From the IMG/VR virus record IMGVR_UViG_3300025168_017075, positions 1 through 61,038 of that record: a DNA stretch of 61,038 nt. The stretch is one strand, 5' to 3'. The notes under the pieces were generated by a model that was not told the DNA's origin, did not search any database, and was given only the letters and a program-made list of their open reading frames with translations. The stretch's first letter is position 1. Each line of letters begins with the position of its first letter. Both the position numbers and the translations under genes were made by a program. Shown here piece by piece: positions 56,980-61,038 of the stretch. This DNA is from a virus. Taxonomy: Duplodnaviria; Caudoviricetes.

Positions 56980-57016
56980 ATAGTGAAATATCTAATTAGA
57001 TTAGGAGCAGAATAGC

Positions 57017-57919
57017 ATGGCATTTTTAGATAACAGTGGAGATATTATTCTCGACGCAGTTTTGACCGACACGGGTCGAATGAGATTGGCGAAAGGAGAT
57101 GGAAGTTTTAATATAACAAAATTTGCTTTAAGCGACGACGAGATTGATTATGCTAACTTTGTAGCAAATACCGGAAGTGCATATGCAGATCTTCAAATTT
57201 TACAAACACCAGTATTAGAGGCATTTACAAATAACGGCTCTTCGATGAAATCAAAATTGATTAGCATCTCGGACAACAATTTGCTTTTCTTGCCTATCAT
57301 TAAATTAAATGAAATATTTAGTGGCGATGTCGATAGACATGGCAACGATCAATATACTGTAGCAGTTAATACTACTACAGAAGACAAGTTTAGTACCACG
57401 CATAAAGTTATGTCTGGTGAAAATCCTGCTGACAATCCACGATATATCAGAATTGATCAGGGCCTAGATACCACTTCTTTTTCTCCTTCTAGGACATTAG
57501 CCAGCGCATTGAATGAGACGCAGTACATTATTGAAATAGATAATCGACTAGGAACTATAATTGGCAAAAGCACATCAACGTCCGCTCCCTTGAGCTACAT
57601 TGATGATGATAATATTGCTAGTTATTTTGTTTCAACTTCAAACGCAGAGTTTGTGTATGACAACCCAATTACAAATGTTGATTCCACTACACAGGCAATT
57701 GCAGGGCCTAGGGGAACAGTTTTAGAATTTAAATTAGGTTCTTCTCTAGATCTTGCAGATGGCGCATATTTTGATGACCTAGGAGCTACCGTTAGCATGA
57801 CAGACGATGGCGGCACATCAACTTATAAGTACATTGATACCTTTGTTAGGATTCAAGGCGCTACAACCGGATATCGACTGGACATACCAGTTCGATTTGT
57901 TAGATTTCATACTGAATAA
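57017..57919 (+). CDS. putative baseplate/tail-collar structural protein
   Basis: MAFLDNSGDIILDAVLTDTGRMRLAKG...ITKFALSDDEIDY resembles tail-collar/gp8-like N-termini. Confidence 0.65.
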   Translation: MAFLDNSGDIILDAVLTDTGRMRLAKGDGSFNITKFALSDDEIDYANFVANTGSAYADLQILQTPVLEAFTNNGSSMKSKLISISDNNLLFLPIIKLNEIFSGDVDRHGNDQYTVAVNTTTEDKFSTTHKVMSGENPADNPRYIRIDQGLDTTSFSPSRTLASALNETQYIIEIDNRLGTIIGKSTSTSAPLSYIDDDNIASYFVSTSNAEFVYDNPITNVDSTTQAIAGPRGTVLEFKLGSSLDLADGAYFDDLGATVSMTDDGGTSTYKYIDTFVRIQGATTGYRLDIPVRFVRFHTE

Positions 57920-57935
57920 ACAAGGATAGTTAATT

Positions 57936-59000
57936 ATGGCAACAACTTTTAAGAACTTCGCTTCTAATGATAAAATAAATACAAGAACTTTACTTCACGA
58001 GGCGATTCCTATTACTGGTACAATCCCTTCTGGAACATATGGTGATAATAATGTTAAAAACTACTCTCACGGAATGTTCCAGAGCGTTTATGATTATCCT
58101 TTTTTAAGTTCGTCAGCAAATCACATATTTGATATTACTGTGGGATATTCTGCCCATTCTCTATGTTCATCTAGTGCTGCTATCCAAAACTCTAAAAAAA
58201 TTAACTTATATAACCAAATGGCACAGATGCTTGTTGGCTTTGATCATACAGGCTCTGTTAGAGAGTTTGATAGAGATGGAGATTTAGCTTCTGGTACAAA
58301 ACATAGAGAGGTTATTTTCTTGAACATCGCCCGTCTTTTAGGAAAAGACGAGCTTAAGAAAGAATCATTTAAGATCACGGCTGCAACAGGTGGCGCACCA
58401 GAGACTAGAACTTTCATTACGACCCATCAAGTGACGATCTCCGACTATAGTTCTTCTACGGATTACCGAGTTAATTCCCCCGCTGGAGAATATGGAATTC
58501 TATACACAGGTTCGGGCGCAGAAATTGTTGCTGGTTCCGGTGTCGGACTGATTTATTACCAAGCAGGTGTTGCAGTTTTAACTGGTAGTATTTTCCCTCA
58601 CGATTGGGGCGCACCAGATGCCACTTATCAAACAGGAAGTGATACCAGCGTGAATGGGTTTGAGATGGTCCTAACTGGGGCTGCTATATCAGCTTCTTGT
58701 GATGGCTTTAGAAATGTTTTGAATACCATGGAGTTTGATAACACTACGGAATTAAATTCAACCATTTACTTCTGTAGAGCAAATCATAGTGATTTTAACT
58801 ATAGTGCAAATCCGACCTACTTGACTGGAAGTAAGATTAGAGTCAAGAACAATATGAGAAAAAATCAACCAATCTCTTATGTTACATCAATTGGATTATA
58901 TTCCGCAGACAATGAGTTGTTGGCGGTTGCAAAGTTGTCGGAGCCTTTAAAGAAGACTCCATCAAATGAGTTAACATTAAGAGTAAGACTAGACTACTAA
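57936..59000 (+). CDS. putative tail-collar-like structural protein
   Basis: C-terminal YVTSIGLYSADNELLAVAKLSEPLKK...RLDY. Confidence 0.65.
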   Translation: MATTFKNFASNDKINTRTLLHEAIPITGTIPSGTYGDNNVKNYSHGMFQSVYDYPFLSSSANHIFDITVGYSAHSLCSSSAAIQNSKKINLYNQMAQMLVGFDHTGSVREFDRDGDLASGTKHREVIFLNIARLLGKDELKKESFKITAATGGAPETRTFITTHQVTISDYSSSTDYRVNSPAGEYGILYTGSGAEIVAGSGVGLIYYQAGVAVLTGSIFPHDWGAPDATYQTGSDTSVNGFEMVLTGAAISASCDGFRNVLNTMEFDNTTELNSTIYFCRANHSDFNYSANPTYLTGSKIRVKNNMRKNQPISYVTSIGLYSADNELLAVAKLSEPLKKTPSNELTLRVRLDY

Positions 59001-59009
59001 GGCGAGAAA

Positions 59010-60251
59010 ATGTCGAACTACTACCATAAGTTTGGTGAAAAAGACATTTTTTATAACCAAATAAAAGCTCACCCACAAAATGAGTTTTTTATCTTTGATT
59101 GTAAAGTTTATCATAACAAAAAGATGGCAGAGTCTGGCGCTTTTACTGGCAGCGTACTGGCAGTTTCTAGCGGCTTTACTAGCTTATTTGAGATGAATGT
59201 CGATAGGCATCCAGGCAAAACAGGAATGATCTATCCATATATTGTTAAAACATCGGATAAGGTTTCATTCAAAAATATATCAGATCAATCATGGCAACTT
59301 GATTATAATTACGGCGCCAATATCACGGGATCATATCCCATGTCTGCGTCTTTGTCGAGAGAATTTTTCGCATCAGGCTTGACAGGTTCATCAAATTATA
59401 CTGGCTCTGCTTTAAAAAATACATTTAATTATTATAAAATTATGAGCCCTCATTTCGCTTATACTGGCTCAATCACTCTAGGTTCTGACGGCAAAAGGCA
59501 TGTAATGTCAAAAGGGTCACAAAGGTCTTGTTTGGTTGCTATACCTTCAATATTTTATGGCTCCTCTATTCAGAAGGGTACTATAGATTTAAAATTCTAT
59601 ATAACAGGAACTTTAGTTGGTCAACTTAAAGATGAGCGAAAAAATGGAGAATTAATACAGATAGGCCCAGAAGGAAGTACTGGTTCTGGTTCCGTCGCCG
59701 GCGTAGCTCTATATAATGAAGGGTTCTTATATTTATCTGGTGCTTGGGGTTTAAATTCCAACAATATAGCTTTTGACGAAGCCCCAATATTGGATAAACC
59801 AAAATGGATATATTTTGGGGCAGGGATTAGCCCTATAAACTCTGCTGATCCTCCTTGCCATGGCAGTGCTAGTTTTGCCAACTTATCTTCTGCAAGTTTT
59901 GAACTCAACTTCTCCGGAACAAGCTTTGTACCAAACATCACCATGATGGCGCATGCAAAAAGAGGAGAATTAAATCATTCGAATAACTTTACCTATATAA
60001 AATTTAATCAAACATCTTCTTTATTACCAAAGTCTGGATCATATCAGTGGATCGAAAATAACCTCCAAATTAAAAATGTGGTCAGTTCGGCATATGAAGA
60101 CCCGACAGGAAGCTTTGAGAAGACAACTTATATAACCAAGATTGGTATATATGATGATAATAAAAACCTTATCGGTATCGCCTCTACTTCAAAACCAATT
60201 AAAAAAACATTAAATAGGGGCTTGACATTCAAGCTAAAACTTGATATATAG
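59010..60251 (+). CDS. putative tail-collar-like structural protein (paralog of the preceding gene)
   Basis: C-terminal YITKIGIYDDNKNLIGIA...PIKK...KLDI; shares G...Y..G and N.S.N.TY with 57936-59000. Confidence 0.65.
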   Translation: MSNYYHKFGEKDIFYNQIKAHPQNEFFIFDCKVYHNKKMAESGAFTGSVLAVSSGFTSLFEMNVDRHPGKTGMIYPYIVKTSDKVSFKNISDQSWQLDYNYGANITGSYPMSASLSREFFASGLTGSSNYTGSALKNTFNYYKIMSPHFAYTGSITLGSDGKRHVMSKGSQRSCLVAIPSIFYGSSIQKGTIDLKFYITGTLVGQLKDERKNGELIQIGPEGSTGSGSVAGVALYNEGFLYLSGAWGLNSNNIAFDEAPILDKPKWIYFGAGISPINSADPPCHGSASFANLSSASFELNFSGTSFVPNITMMAHAKRGELNHSNNFTYIKFNQTSSLLPKSGSYQWIENNLQIKNVVSSAYEDPTGSFEKTTYITKIGIYDDNKNLIGIASTSKPIKKTLNRGLTFKLKLDI

Positions 60252-60252
60252 T
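60222..60252 (+). promoter_or_regulatory. sigma70-type promoter overlapping the end of a CDS
   Basis: TTGACA (60222) with TATATA/TATAGT at 17/19 nt spacing; the downstream ATG lacks an RBS (possibly leaderless). Confidence 0.5.
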
Positions 60253-60257
60253 ATAGT

Positions 60258-60782
60258 ATGATCCTCGGCTTAGACATTTCTACAAGCATAACTGGCGTAA
60301 CAGTTTTAAACGATGAAGGTGAGATCCTTCACTGCGAAGCAATAGATACAAGAAATAAAAATCATTTCCCAACTCTATTTGAAAAAGCAAGCAAAGTAAG
60401 AGATTACCTTGGTGACATCGAATACAAGTATGACATCGAACACATCTACATTGAGAAAAGCTTACAGACATTCCGCTCTGGCTTCTCATCAGCAAAGACA
60501 CTATCAACGCTCGCATCCTTCAACGGAATAGTAAGCTGGCTCTGCTATGAAATCTGGAGCACTCATCCAGAATACCTTTCAGCAACTTCCGCAAGAAAGT
60601 CCTGTGGCATCAAAGTTCCCAAAGGAATGAAAGCCAAGAAAGTCGTCATTGAGCATCTCGTCGCAAACGAAGCGGACTTCTCAATAGAATACACAAAGCA
60701 CGGCAATCCAAAGCCACACGAGTTCGACAGAGCAGATTCTCTTGTCATAGCCAAAGCCGGATACAACTCTCTCTTGACATAA
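60258..60782 (+). CDS. RuvC-like Holliday junction resolvase
   Basis: ILGLDISTSITG, IYIEK and DRADSLVIA: RNase H-fold acidic residues. Confidence 0.85.
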   Translation: MILGLDISTSITGVTVLNDEGEILHCEAIDTRNKNHFPTLFEKASKVRDYLGDIEYKYDIEHIYIEKSLQTFRSGFSSAKTLSTLASFNGIVSWLCYEIWSTHPEYLSATSARKSCGIKVPKGMKAKKVVIEHLVANEADFSIEYTKHGNPKPHEFDRADSLVIAKAGYNSLLT

Positions 60783-60802
60783 CCCTTCTGCCGTGTTATA
60801 AT
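60774..60802 (+). promoter_or_regulatory. consensus sigma70 promoter
   Basis: TTGACA-17 nt-TATAAT with extended TG. Confidence 0.88.
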
Positions 60803-60819
60803 ACATAACAGGGGGTAGA

Positions 60820-61038
60820 ATGAAGAGTGAAAAACTAAAGATAGTTCGTAATGCTCTTGGGCGCAGCTACAAGTCAGGCAGCGAGCACTTATTCTCTTGT
60901 CCGTTCTGTCGACACAATAAGCTCAAGTTAAGCGTCAATATAGACAAAAACTACTGGAAATGCTGGATTTGTGACAAAAGCGGCCGCAATATAGGCTTCC
61001 TTGTGCGCAGATTTGGCTCTCAAAACGACAAAATTGCG
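60820..61038 (+). CDS. DNA primase, N-terminal zinc-binding domain (partial, runs off the window)
   Basis: Hand translation MKSEKLKIVRNALGRSYKSGSEHLFSCPFCRHNKLKLSVNIDKNYWKCWICDKSG...: CPFC/CWIC zinc finger. Confidence 0.8.
   Translation, partial: MKSEKLKIVRNALGRSYKSGSEHLFSCPFCRHNKLKLSVNIDKNYWKCWICDKSGRNIGFLVRRFGSQNDKIA

Noticed and set aside
26185-60251. Bacterial contractile injection system (T6SS/eCIS/tailocin)
   Set aside because: Adjacent primase, resolvase, sigma factor, PhoH and tmRNA indicate a replicating phage; no T6SS membrane complex or eCIS ATPase is seen.
1-61038. Stop-codon reassignment (alternative genetic code)
   Set aside because: Genes are full length in code 11, and TAA, TGA and TAG all terminate genes at coupled junctions.

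Overview
This window is most likely part of a large (jumbo/huge) tailed dsDNA phage genome. All credible genes are on the + strand, tightly packed and in standard code 11. From left to right it contains: (i) the 3' end of a tmRNA, small membrane/basic proteins, a Hc1-type histone-like protein, a PIN-PhoH protein, a HEXXH metallopeptidase and a PD-(D/E)XK nuclease (1-5225); (ii) a ~19 kb glycan biosynthesis cluster (5222-24414) with GT4/GT2/GT11/GT10 and Maf-like transferases, a sulfotransferase fusion, two B12 radical SAM enzymes, NeuA/NeuB/HAD, a ColD-type dehydratase, a sugar C-methyltransferase, Fcl and Gmd; (iii) a gp55-like sigma factor followed by a contractile-tail baseplate module (spike, gp25, gp6, a 3378-aa gp7-like protein, tail-collar-like paralogs; ~25.1-60.3 kb); and (iv) a RuvC-like resolvase and the start of a DNA primase. 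The leading hypothesis (inference) is a self-contained virion glycosylation system: the cluster has no membrane export or lipid-carrier genes, and a subset of baseplate proteins is strongly enriched in a [ST]-G-[ST] motif that could be an acceptor sequon. Other notable signals are a recurring ACTATTTA candidate late promoter, a nested 'ATAT...FTGG' insertion domain, and a small structured RNA. All product calls come from motif recognition by eye; no database searches were run.
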